From an uncultured beta proteobacterium (GTDB lineage Bacteria > Pseudomonadota > Gammaproteobacteria > Burkholderiales > JACQAP01): a stretch of 64,000 nucleotides of DNA. A program made the translations under genes and the position numbers. The DNA lies in NCBI GenBank assembly GCA_963695915.1, contig CAVOIO010000034.1, positions 15,654 through 79,653 of the forward strand, in the 5' to 3' direction. This document shows, piece by piece, positions 1-9,408 of this stretch. The notes below the pieces were generated by a model. That model did not search any database and was not told where the DNA came from. It was given only the letters and a program-made list of their open reading frames with translations. The stretch's first letter is position 1, and every line of letters begins with the position of its first letter.

Positions 1-438
1 CGCTTCCATCACGACATCTACCGCACCCGCAGGGAAGCGCAGGCAGTGGTTCACGCCCATGCGAGTTTCGCCACCACGCTCGCCTGTCTCGGGATGGACG
101 TGCCTGCGTTTCACTACATGATCGCGGTCGCTGGCGGCAACAGCATCCGTTGCGCACCATACGCCACCTTCGGCTCCCGGGAATTGTCTGACCACGCACT
201 GGAAGCTCTTTCGAACCGCAAGGCCTGCCTGCTGGCAAACCATGGAATGATCGCGACCGGGGACAGCCTGAAACGTGCGCTGGCGCTGGCGGTGGAAGTC
301 GAAGCATTGTGCGAGCAGTACTGGCGCGCGCTGCAGATCGGAAAGCCCGCCATTCTTTCCGATGCCGAGATGGAAGTAGTGCTGGAGAAATTCAAGACCT
401 ACGGCAAGAATACAAATGAACACCGCGCACCTCGGTGA
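1..438 (+). CDS. class II aldolase/adducin-family protein, C-terminal part (5' end outside window)
   Basis: Frame 1 is open from nt 1 to TGA 436-438. ...QAVVHAHASFATTLAC...ACLLANHGMIATGDSLKRAL... is the conserved His-containing core of FucA/AraD-type class II aldolases. Confidence 0.75.
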   Translation, partial: RFHHDIYRTRREAQAVVHAHASFATTLACLGMDVPAFHYMIAVAGGNSIRCAPYATFGSRELSDHALEALSNRKACLLANHGMIATGDSLKRALALAVEVEALCEQYWRALQIGKPAILSDAEMEVVLEKFKTYGKNTNEHRAPR

Positions 439-498
439 GAGCCGGTTTTTACGAACGCACACTTGCGCTGTCGCACGGTTGCGCCTAGCTTAGCGGCC

Positions 499-2352
499 AT
501 GGCCGAAGAAAAACCAAACAACCCCCGCCTCCGTCGATACGACGGAATTCGCGCGCACGCTCGCGGAAATTGCGCTGCGCAGCAGCCATCTCTTCAAGGA
601 ACACCTCGCAGAACAGTCGAAGGAGTCCGGCGAGGAACCGGTGGACGAACTCGGCGTCGGCAAGGCTTTCACCGACCTGGCTGCGAAGCTGATGACCGAC
701 CCGTTCAAGCTCGCCGAGGCCGGGATGCGCATGTGGCAGGACTACTTCATGTTGTGGCAGAACACCATGAAGAGGGCCATGGGCGAAGAATCCGCACCGG
801 TGGTGGAAGCTCCCAAGTCCGACAACCGCTTCCGCAGCGAGCTTTGGCAGAACAACCTGGTTTTCGATTACATCAAGCAGTCCTACCTGATCGCCGCGCA
901 GAACATCCAGAAGACCGTCTCCGAAGTCGAAGGCCTCGACGCGCAGACTGCGCGCAAGGTGAAGTTCTTCACCCGCCAGTACGTGGACGCGCTGGCCCCG
1001 ACCAATTTCGTGATGACCAATCCCGAGGTGCTGAAGACCACGGTAGAGACCGGGGGGAAGAACCTGCTCGACGGTCTCAACCACCTGCTCCACGACCTCG
1101 AACGCGGCCACGGCAAGCTGGCGATCAGCATGACCGACTACAAGGCGTTCAAGATGGGCGAAAACGTCGCCACCACGCCCGGGAAAGGTCGTCCACCAGA
1201 ACGATCTGATGCAGTTGATCCAGTATCAGCCGGCCACGACCGAGGTTTACCAGACGCCGCTGCTGATCATTCCGCCATGGATCAACAAGTACTACATCCT
1301 CGACCTGCGGCAGAAGAACTCGTTTATCAAGTGGGCAGTGGACCAGGGCATCACCGTGTTCGTGGTTTCCTGGGTCAATCCCGGCAAGGAACTCGCGAAC
1401 AAGGGTTTCGAGGACTACATGCTGGAAGGCCCGCTGGCGGCGCTGGATGCGGTGGAGAAGGCGACCGGCGAGCGTGAAGTCAACATGATCGGCTACTGCC
1501 TGGGTGGCACGCTCACCGCATCGGCGCTCGCCTGGATGGCGGCAAAGGGACAGTCGCGGGTTAAGAGCGTGACGTTCTTCACCGCGCTCCTGGATTTTTC
1601 CGAACCCGGCGAACTCGGCGTGTTCGTGGACGAAGGCGTGCTTTCCAACCTTGAAAAGAAAATGGAGAGCCGCGGCTATCTCGAAGGCGCGGAGATGGCC
1701 GGCACGTTCAACATGCTGCGAGCCAACGACCTGATCTGGTCGTTCGTGGTGAACAACTATCTGCTCGGCAAGGACCCGTTCCCGTTCGACCTGTTGTATT
1801 GGAATTCGGACTCCACCCGCATGCCGGCGAAAATGCACACCTTCTACCTGCGCAACATGTACATCAGGAACAAGTTGCGCGAACCCGGCGGAATCACGCT
1901 TGCCGGCGTGCCGATTGACCTGTCCAAAATCGACATTCCCACGTATTTCATCTCCACGGTCGAGGACCACATCGCACCGTGGAAGTGCACTTATCTCGGC
2001 GCCCGGTTGCTCAAGGGTCCTGTCCGCTTCGTGCTTGGCGGCTCCGGGCCACATAGCCGGCATCGTCAACCCGCCGGCGGCGAACAAGTACTGGTACTGG
2101 ACCAACGAGAAGCTGCGCGACAGCGCCGACGAATGGCTCTCCACCGCGGAGAAGCACGAAGGCTCGTGGTGGAACGACTGGGGCAACTGGCTGGCCGGCT
2201 TCGGCGGCGACAAGGTTCCCGCCCGCGTTCCCGGCAAAGGCGGGCTGAAAGTCATCGAGGACGCGCCGGGCACTTACGCGAGCTTCAGGCTCGATGCGGA
2301 GCCGGCCGATCCGCCGACGAAACCATCAAGACAAAAAACCAGACGGCGTTAA
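499..2352 (+). pseudogene. phaC: class I poly(3-hydroxyalkanoate) synthase PhaC, reading frame broken 3 times
   Basis: ATG 499 (MAEEKPNN). Frame changes near 520 (C-run), 1190 (TTPGK|[13 protein letters not shown]) and 2050 (VLGGSG|HIAGIVNPP). Lipase box [18 protein letters not shown] and C-terminal GSWWNDW are present. Pieces are ORFs 641-1477, 1209-2447 and 1900-2352. Confidence 0.9.
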
Positions 2353-2417
2353 CACGAAGGTGCACGAAAAAAAGAACAAGGAACACGAAGTACGGCAAAA
2401 GTGATTCTTCGTGTCGA
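2351..2417. repeat. weak member of the tandem-repeat hairpin family (ACACGAAG-type units)
   Basis: aacacgaag gtgcacgaaa ... gaacacgaag directly after the phaC stop, with a short complementary cttcgtgt at 2408-2415. The right arm is much shorter than in the other elements. Confidence 0.3.
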
Positions 2418-2453
2418 GCGCGGTCTGGCGGGCTGCGCGAAGCCTGAAACAGA

Positions 2454-3420
2454 CTAGAGCCACTTTGCCTTTCTGAACCGGTAGAAGAGATAGCCGTCTA
2501 TCGCCACCATTACCGCCACCGTCAGCGGGTAGCCCAGGCTCCAGTTCAGTTCCGGCATGTTGTCGAAGTTCATGCCGTAAACGCCCGCGATCATGGTGGG
2601 CACCGCGACCAGCGCGGCATACCCGGCCAAACGCTTGGTGACCTCGTTTTCCTGGATGGTCAGAAGCGACAGGTTCACCGATATCGCGGTGGTGACCATT
2701 TCCCGCAGAATGTCTATCGACTGGTTCACCCGGGCCAGGTGGTCGTAAACATCGCGGAAATACTCCTGGAGCCCCGCGCAAAGCTGCGGCACCCGGCCGC
2801 CGTAAAGTTTGCTGCTCGCCTCCAGAAGCGGCCCGGCGGCGTGCTTGAGGGTCATCAGTTTCTGCTTCAGGACGTACAGGGATTCAATGATCGCGCGGTT
2901 GTTTTGCCCGGAGAATATTCGCTTTTCGACTTCTTCGAGCTCGCCCTCAAGAGCGTCGAGCACGGGGAAGTAGCGGTCGACCACGGCGTCCATGATCGCG
3001 TAGAGCACATACGCCGAGCCGTGGCGCAGCAAGTCCGGCTCGCGTTCGCTGCGGGCGCGCACGTCGGCAAATCCCCGTTCGGTGTGGCTGCGAACCGAGA
3101 GTACGTAGTTGGGGCCGACGAATATGTCGACTTCGCCGACTTTCAGCTCGTCAGCCCGCAAGCTCCACGGTGTGAAGCACGATGAACAGCGAATCGCCGT
3201 ATTCCTCGATCTTGGGCCGCTGATGGCCGTGTCGCGCGTCCTCGACCGCAAGTTCGTGCAGTCCGAACTCTTGCTGCATCGTTTCGAGTTCTTCCAGGGT
3301 CGGCTCATACAGCGCGACCCAGACAAAACACTCCGGCCGGCGGACATACTCGTGGATCTCCTGCGGCTGAATATCGGCGAGCTTCCGCCCTTCCTCGTAT
3401 GCGACGCAGTTGACCAGCAT
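2454..3420 (-). pseudogene. corA: CorA Mg2+/Co2+ transporter, one frame change
   Basis: N-terminal part MLVNCVAYEEGRKL...FIVLHTVEL (ORF 3151-3453). C-terminal part ...VGEVDIFVGPNYVLSV...YGMNFDNMPEL... with two C-terminal TM helices (ORF 2454-3551). GMN motif present. Junction is near 3160. Confidence 0.9.
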
Positions 3421-3547
3421 GGCAATCTCCTTGCGGGCATCGTAGCACCGCACAAGGAAAGCCGAGGCAAATGGCGGGTTCCGTGATGGTCGGATGGCGT
3501 GGCTGCGGTAGTGCTATTGGTTGGTTCTTCTCCGTGTATTCCGTGGT

Positions 3548-4393
3548 TCACGGTCCTGAAGTGGTGCGCAGCGAAGCGAGATAGCGCATTCCCTCGATCG
3601 CCCGGCTGCCGTACCAGGACGTCATTTCCGCGTCGATCAGTGAAACCGTAACCGTCCGAACCGTGTGACCTGGGATGGGTGATGCAACATTCATCGCCTC
3701 TCTCACCGGCTCGACGTCTCGCAGTCTGAACGCGTAAGGCTCCGAAGAGAGCAGGACACGATCAACGCGTCCAAGTACCGATTCGAGATAGAGGGTTGGG
3801 TAACGATCAGGGTTTTCCGCATAGATCTGGTCCCATCCCACTGCCGCCAGCGTCCGTGCGATATAAGTATCGCGCGAAATCGTCATCCACGGGTCTTTCC
3901 AGATGAGGTACAGCACGCGCGCGCGCGGCAGTATGGAAGTTGCGTCGACCGCTTCGCGATAGGCCGCTCGGAATTCTCGCGCGAGACAGTCCGCCTCGGC
4001 CTCGGCGCGGAAGATTCCACCGAACAGTCGATATAGAGGTGGGTTCTCGAGTGGTCCCATCGGGTGGGTCACGATCACATTCGGCACGAAAGCTGCCGCC
4101 GCTTCGACCCGTTCGCGCGGGTTTTCGTCCACATTTACGATCAGATGAGTTGGCGCCAGCGCCCGGATTTTTTCCAGGTCAAAGTCCTTGGTGCCGCCGA
4201 CCTTGGCGACCTTTTTCACCTCAGGCTTCGGATGGACGCAGAACCCTGTACGGCCCACCATCCGCGAACCAACGCCCAGCGCGAATAACAATTCGGTCAG
4301 GCTGGGCACGAGACTTACGATTCGAGCATCAGACTGGGCCGGCGTATGGGCGCGCCCGCTTGCGTCGGTCAACTGTAAATATCCTGTGTTCAC
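3548..4393 (-). CDS. PBP-fold protein (Peripla_BP_2 / BtuF-TroA-like helical-backbone metal receptor) with no signal peptide
   Basis: 281-aa intact ORF with GTG start. ARIVSLVPSLTELLFALG...GRTGFCVHP...VGGTKDFDLEKIRALAPTHLIV is the typical N-lobe of class III substrate-binding proteins. No hydrophobic leader. Confidence 0.6.
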   Translation of the reverse strand: MNTGYLQLTDASGRAHTPAQSDARIVSLVPSLTELLFALGVGSRMVGRTGFCVHPKPEVKKVAKVGGTKDFDLEKIRALAPTHLIVNVDENPRERVEAAAAFVPNVIVTHPMGPLENPPLYRLFGGIFRAEAEADCLAREFRAAYREAVDATSILPRARVLYLIWKDPWMTISRDTYIARTLAAVGWDQIYAENPDRYPTLYLESVLGRVDRVLLSSEPYAFRLRDVEPVREAMNVASPIPGHTVRTVTVSLIDAEMTSWYGSRAIEGMRYLASLRTTSGP

Positions 4394-4896
4394 GCGATTT
4401 CCAGATCAAATAGAGCACGCGCTCTCGCGGCAGCCTCGCGCAAGTGTCGACAGCTTCTGCATACGCCCGTTGAACTTTCCGACATAGCACTTCCGCCTCC
4501 TCCCGCCGTCCGAAGATGCCGCCGATCAGCCGGTACAGACCCGGATTGTCGAGCGGACCGAGCGGATGTGTGACGACGATATTGGGAACGTAACCGCGCC
4601 AATTCGTCGACCGTGGGTTTTTCGTTTTCGTCCACGTTGACGATCAGATGCGTGGGCGCCAGCCGGCGGATCTCTCCGACGTTTACATCCTTGGTCCCGC
4701 CCACTTTCGGCACCGACTTGACCCGGTCCTCCGGATGGACGCAGAAGCCGGTGCGGCCAACGATACGGTCGCCGAGTCCGAGCTCGAAAAGCAACTCGGT
4801 AATGCTAGGAACGAGGCAGACGATCCGTGCGTCCGGCCCGGCGGCCGCATGGGTGCGCCCGACCGCGTCGGTCAACGGTGAATTTCGTGTGTCCAC
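4390..4896 (-). pseudogene. truncated, frameshifted tandem paralogue of the 3548-4393 PBP-fold gene
   Basis: About 65% identical by eye over residues 1-170 (ARIVCLVPSITELLFELG...GRTGFCVHP...). Frame change near 4600. Homology ends at ...RVLYLIWK, exactly where the next copy starts. The C-terminal lobe is missing. Confidence 0.6.
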
Positions 4897-4919
4897 GCGA
4901 TTTCTCCGGCTTGCTTTCG

Positions 4920-5462
4920 CTACGGCTGACGCTTGGTCGCCGGTTTCCCGGTCGCGCGCGCATTGCGCGCCTTTCGCGGCGGCGAGCCGACCACAACCGG
5001 GGCCGAGGACAACGGTATCAGGCTCTCCTTCAATGTCCGCAGCACGAAGCTCGATTTGCTGTGCCGGATCCCAGGAATCCGGTACAGGCGTTCGCGCAGC
5101 AGGCGCTCGTAATCGCGCGTGTCCTTTACCGCGATGCGGATGTAATAGTCGTAGTCGCCGGACACCAGGTAGGCCTCGAGCACTTCCGGAATCTGCTCCA
5201 GCGTCTTGCCGAAATCGTAGAGCGTCTCGTCGGTATGGCTCTCGAGGGTGACTTGCACGATCACCGTCTCCGTAAAGCCAATTGCGGCCGGATCGATGCG
5301 GACGGTGTAGCCCTGGATCACACCGTCAGCCTCCATTTTCCTGATCCGGTTCCAGCACGGCGTCGGCGACAGACCCACGCGTTTGCTGATGTCCTGCAGG
5401 CTCGCGCGCGCGTCTCCCTGCAGCACCTTCAATATCGCCAGATCGAATTTATCGACATTCAT
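4920..5462 (-). CDS. Lrp/AsnC-family transcriptional regulator
   Basis: MNVDKFDLAILKVLQGDARASLQDISKRVGLSPTPCWNRIRKMEADGVI (HTH) followed by an RAM/AsnC_trans_reg domain. Divergent from the oxidoreductase gene. Confidence 0.9.
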   Translation of the reverse strand: MNVDKFDLAILKVLQGDARASLQDISKRVGLSPTPCWNRIRKMEADGVIQGYTVRIDPAAIGFTETVIVQVTLESHTDETLYDFGKTLEQIPEVLEAYLVSGDYDYYIRIAVKDTRDYERLLRERLYRIPGIRHSKSSFVLRTLKESLIPLSSAPVVVGSPPRKARNARATGKPATKRQP

Positions 5463-5482
5463 TCTGTAGAATAAGCGTTAGG

Positions 5483-5497
5483 CAGAAAATTTTTCTG
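5483..5497. promoter_or_regulatory. near-palindrome CAGAAAATTTTTCTG in the AT-rich divergent intergenic region (candidate operator)
   Basis: Seen directly. It lies 21 nt upstream of the Lrp-family start, in the only AT-rich stretch of this region. Confidence 0.3.
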
Positions 5498-5729
5498 AAT
5501 ATACTGCATTTAGAAGGTAAAGAAGAAGCCTTTTCTCAAGTCTGGCGGGTAGGATGCGTTTGCCGGCAGACAGGGTCGTGCCGATTGAACGGCCGACCTC
5601 GGGACGCGCATGATGTCCTGATGAGGCGGCATGTGGACTGCGTGAAGGACGACCGGTCCAACGCGCTGCAGGGGCGCCGCCGAACCCAAGGCGGTGTGCC
5701 TTATGTCCGAATTCCTACAGGAGTCAGAC

Positions 5730-8700
5730 ATGCAAGAAGTCACATTGGACGACAAGTACGCTTCCGATCAGGGGCGCGTTTATCTGACCGGCATCCAGGC
5801 GCTGGTGCGCCTGGCCCTGGTCCAGCGTCGGCGCGATCTGGCGGCAGGGCTCAATACCGCCGGCTTCATCTCCGGCTATCGCGGCTCGCCGTTGGGCGGA
5901 CTCGACGAAGCGCTGTGGAAGGCAGCCAAGCACCTCGAAGCGCATCACGTCAAATTCCAGCCCGGCGTCAACGAAGAACTTGCCGCCACCGCCGTGTGGG
6001 GCACGCAGCAGGTTCACCTGATCGGCGAGTCGGATTACGACGGGGTGTTCGCCATGTGGTACGGCAAGGGACCCGGCGTGGACCGTTGCGGCGATGTGTT
6101 CAAGCACATGAACTTCGGCGGCACTTCGAAGCATGGCGGCGTGCTGCTGGTCGCGGGCGATGACCACGGTGCCTACTCCTCGACGCTCCCGCACCAGAGC
6201 GATCACCTGTTCTCGGCCTCGATGATCCCGGTCCTGTACCCGTGCAACGTGCACGAATACATCGAGCTGGGATTGCATGGCTGGGCCATGTCGCGGTTTT
6301 CCGGATGCGCGGTCGGTTTCAAGGCGCTGGCCGACACCGTCGAGTCGTCCGCTTCGATCGAGGCCGACCCGTTTCGCATCCAGACCCGCGTGCCGGAGGA
6401 TTTCGTGATGCCGGAGGGCGGACTGAACGGCCGGCTGTCCGGCGATCTGCTCGGCCTGCAGGCGCGCAAGCAGGAGGCGCTGATGCAGGATTACAAGATC
6501 TACGCGGCCATGGCCTACGCGCGGTTGAATCATCTGAACCGCACCACCATCGATTCGCCCAAGGCGCGGCTCGGCATCATCGCTTCGGGCAAGTCGTACA
6601 TGGACGTGCTGGAGGCGCTGGAGGAATTGGGCATAACCGAGCGCAACGCCGCCGAAATCGGCGTTCGCCTCTTCAAGGTCTCGATGCCCTGGCCGCTGGA
6701 GCCGGACGGGGTGCGCGAATTCGCGAAGGGGCTGGAAGAAATCCTGGTGGTCGAGGAAAAGCGCCAGATGGTCGAGTACCAGCTCAAGGAGCAGCTCTAC
6801 AACTGGCATCCCGACGTGCGCCCACGGGTCATCGGCAAGTTCGACGATCAGGGCGAATGGGTGCACCCGCGCGGCGAATGGCTGCTCCCCGCCAAGGCCG
6901 ATTTCTCCATCGCGCAGATCGCCCGCGTCATCGCCGGACGCATCGGGCGTTTTCACCAGAGCGACCTCATCAAGGCGCGGCTCGCCTTCCTGGAGGCAAA
7001 AGAGGCGGTGCTGAACAAGGCGGTGAACACGCCGGTGCGCCCGCCGTACTACTGCTCGGGATGCCCGCACAATACCTCGACCAAAGTGCCCGAGGGCAGT
7101 CTGGCGCTGGCCGGCATCGGCTGCCACGTGATGGCGACCGTGATCTACCCGGAGCAGAACAAGAGCCCGACGCACATGGGTGGCGAGGGCGCGCCGTGGA
7201 TCGGACAGGCGCCGTTCTCGAAGCGCACGCACATCTTTGCCAATCTCGGCGACGGCACCTATTTCCATTCCGGCTCGCTTGCGATCCGGGCCGCGCTCGC
7301 AGCCAGGGTCAACATCACCTACAAGATCCTGTACAACGATGCCGTGGCGATGACCGGCGGGCAGCCGGTCGACGGGCAAATTTCGGTGCCGATGATTGCG
7401 CAGCAGATGGCGGCCGAAGGCGTCGCGCGCATCGCGGTCGTAACGGAAGACCTCGCGCGCTACGAAGACCGCTCGCAATTACCGGCGCTGGTCACGCTGC
7501 ATGACCGCAAGGACATGGAAGCGGTGCAACGGGAACTCAGGGAAGTTCGCGGCGTTTCAGTGCTGATCTACGACCAGACCTGTGCGGCGGAAAAACGCCG
7601 CCGCCGCAAGAAAGGCGAGTACCCGAAGGCCACGCAGCGGGTATTCATCAACGAAGCCGTCTGCGAAGGCTGCGGCGACTGCGGCGTACAGTCGAACTGC
7701 ACTTCGATCCTGCCGATGGAAACCGAGTTTGGGCGCAAGCGCGCGATCGACCAGTCCTCCTGCAACCAGGACTATTCCTGCGTCAAAGGCTTTTGTCCGA
7801 GCTTCGTGACCGTGGAAGGCGGCACGCCGAGGAAATCGCGCGCGGGAAGACGTGAGACAGCCGCGCCGCTGGCGCCGCTGCCGGAACCGGCTACCGCAAC
7901 GCTCGCCGAAACGCCTTACAACATCCTGATCACGGGAATCGGCGGCACCGGCGTCATCACCATCGGCGCGCTGCTGGGCATGGCCGCGCATCTGGAGGGC
8001 AAGGGCACCTCGGCGCTGGACATGACCGGAATGTCGCAGAAGAACGGCGCCGTCACTTCACACGTTCGCATCGCCCGCACGCCGGCCGGCATCCGCGCGC
8101 AACGCATCGCTACCGGCGAGGCCGACCTGATCCTCGGCTGCGACATGCTGACCGCCGGCGCACACGATGCCATTTCCAAGACCCGGCCCGGGCGCACGGT
8201 GGCGGTGATCAACATGCACCAGCAGCCCCCCGGCCAGTTCGCCCAGAATCCCGACTGGCAGTTCCCCGCAGAAGAAATCCGCGCGCTGATCGGTGAATCG
8301 GTCGACGGCCGCGCACATTTCATCGAGGCCACCCGGCTCGCCACTGCCCTGCTCGGGCGACTCGATCGCCACCAACCTGTTCATGCTCGGCTTCGCCTTC
8401 CAGAACGGTCTGATTCCACTGCAGCAGGCCTCGATCCTGCGCGCGATCGAGTTGAACGCCGTGTCCGTCGACGCCAACAAGCAGGCGTTCGACTGGGGGC
8501 GCCGCGCCGCGGTCGATCTCGACGCAAGTCGAGTCGATTGCCACACCCGCCCAGCCGGTGGTGGTGCAGATGCCGCAGAACCTCGAGACGCTGCTGCGCC
8601 GGCGCATCGCCTTCCTGACCGACTACCAGGACGCGGCCTATGCGAAGCGTTACGAGACCCTGGTCGACAAGGTCCGCCGTGCCGAAGCGCGAATTGGCAA

Positions 8701-9232
8701 GGGCGATGCGCTGACCAGGGCGGTCGCGCGATACCTTTCCAAGCTGATGGCCTACAAGGACGAGTACGAAGTCGCCCGGCTTTACGCGAATGGCGATTTC
8801 GAGAAGCGGCTGAACGACGCATTCGAAGGCGAGTTCAAACTGAAGTACAACCTCGCGCCGCCGCTACTGGCGAAACGCGACGCGCAGGGCCGGCTCGTCA
8901 AGTCGCAGTACGGCGCCTGGATGGGACATGCGTTCCGCTTGCTGGCCCCCTTCAAGCGCCTGCGCGGCACCGTCCTCGATCCATTCGGCCGTACCGCCGA
9001 GAGAAGGATGGAGCGCGGGCTGATCCGCGATTACGAAGCCTTGATTGAAGAGATCGCGGGCGCGTTGTCGAAGGACAATCATGAGATCGCAGTCGCGCTG
9101 GCCAGCCTGCCGGAACGCATCCGCGGTTTCGGCCATGTGAAGGAACGCAATGTCGAGGCGGTCGCAGCGGAACGCCAGGCCTTGCTCGCCCGCTTCCGCG
9201 CCCTGGCGGCCGAGGTCGAACATGCCGCGTGA
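5730..9232 (+). pseudogene. indolepyruvate:ferredoxin oxidoreductase-family protein (fused alpha/beta, about 1170 aa), frame broken 2 times
   Basis: AGGAG lies 6 nt before ATG 5730 (MQEVTLDDKY...). TPP-binding GDGTYFHSG and ferredoxin Cys clusters CEGCGDCGVQSNC / CNQDYSCVKGFCPSF are present. Frame changes near 8356 (ALLG|DSIATNLFMLGFAFQ) and 8525 (VDL..|QVESIATPAQPVVVQMPQNLETLL). Confidence 0.85.
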
Positions 9233-9293
9233 TGCGTACGCGTCGCGATTCGGGCAGGAGATCGTGCGAGCGACCAACGGTTTTTGGTTCAAG

Positions 9294-9309
9294 TTTACGT
9301 TAACGTGAA
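9294..9309. promoter_or_regulatory. 16-bp near-palindrome TTTACGTTAACGTGAA upstream of icmF (candidate operator)
   Basis: Perfect core ACGTTAACGT. Located 100 nt upstream of the icmF ATG. Confidence 0.25.
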
Positions 9310-9408
9310 CGTAGGCAATAATGGCTGCCCAGGCGCGATGACCCATTCCGGCGTCAGCGCGGAAATGCCCAGGCCGCGACAGCAACTGCAAACCGACGGG
9401 ACCGCCCC

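Noticed and set aside
5724-7478. Long antisense ORFs: 5724-7478(-), 9295-10842(-), 14378-15547(-), 23279-24511(-), 58872-60215(-), 60372-62648(-)
   Set aside because: They lie opposite well-supported genes and translate to Arg/Ala/Gly/Pro-rich low-complexity sequence with no motifs. These are typical shadow ORFs of high-GC DNA.
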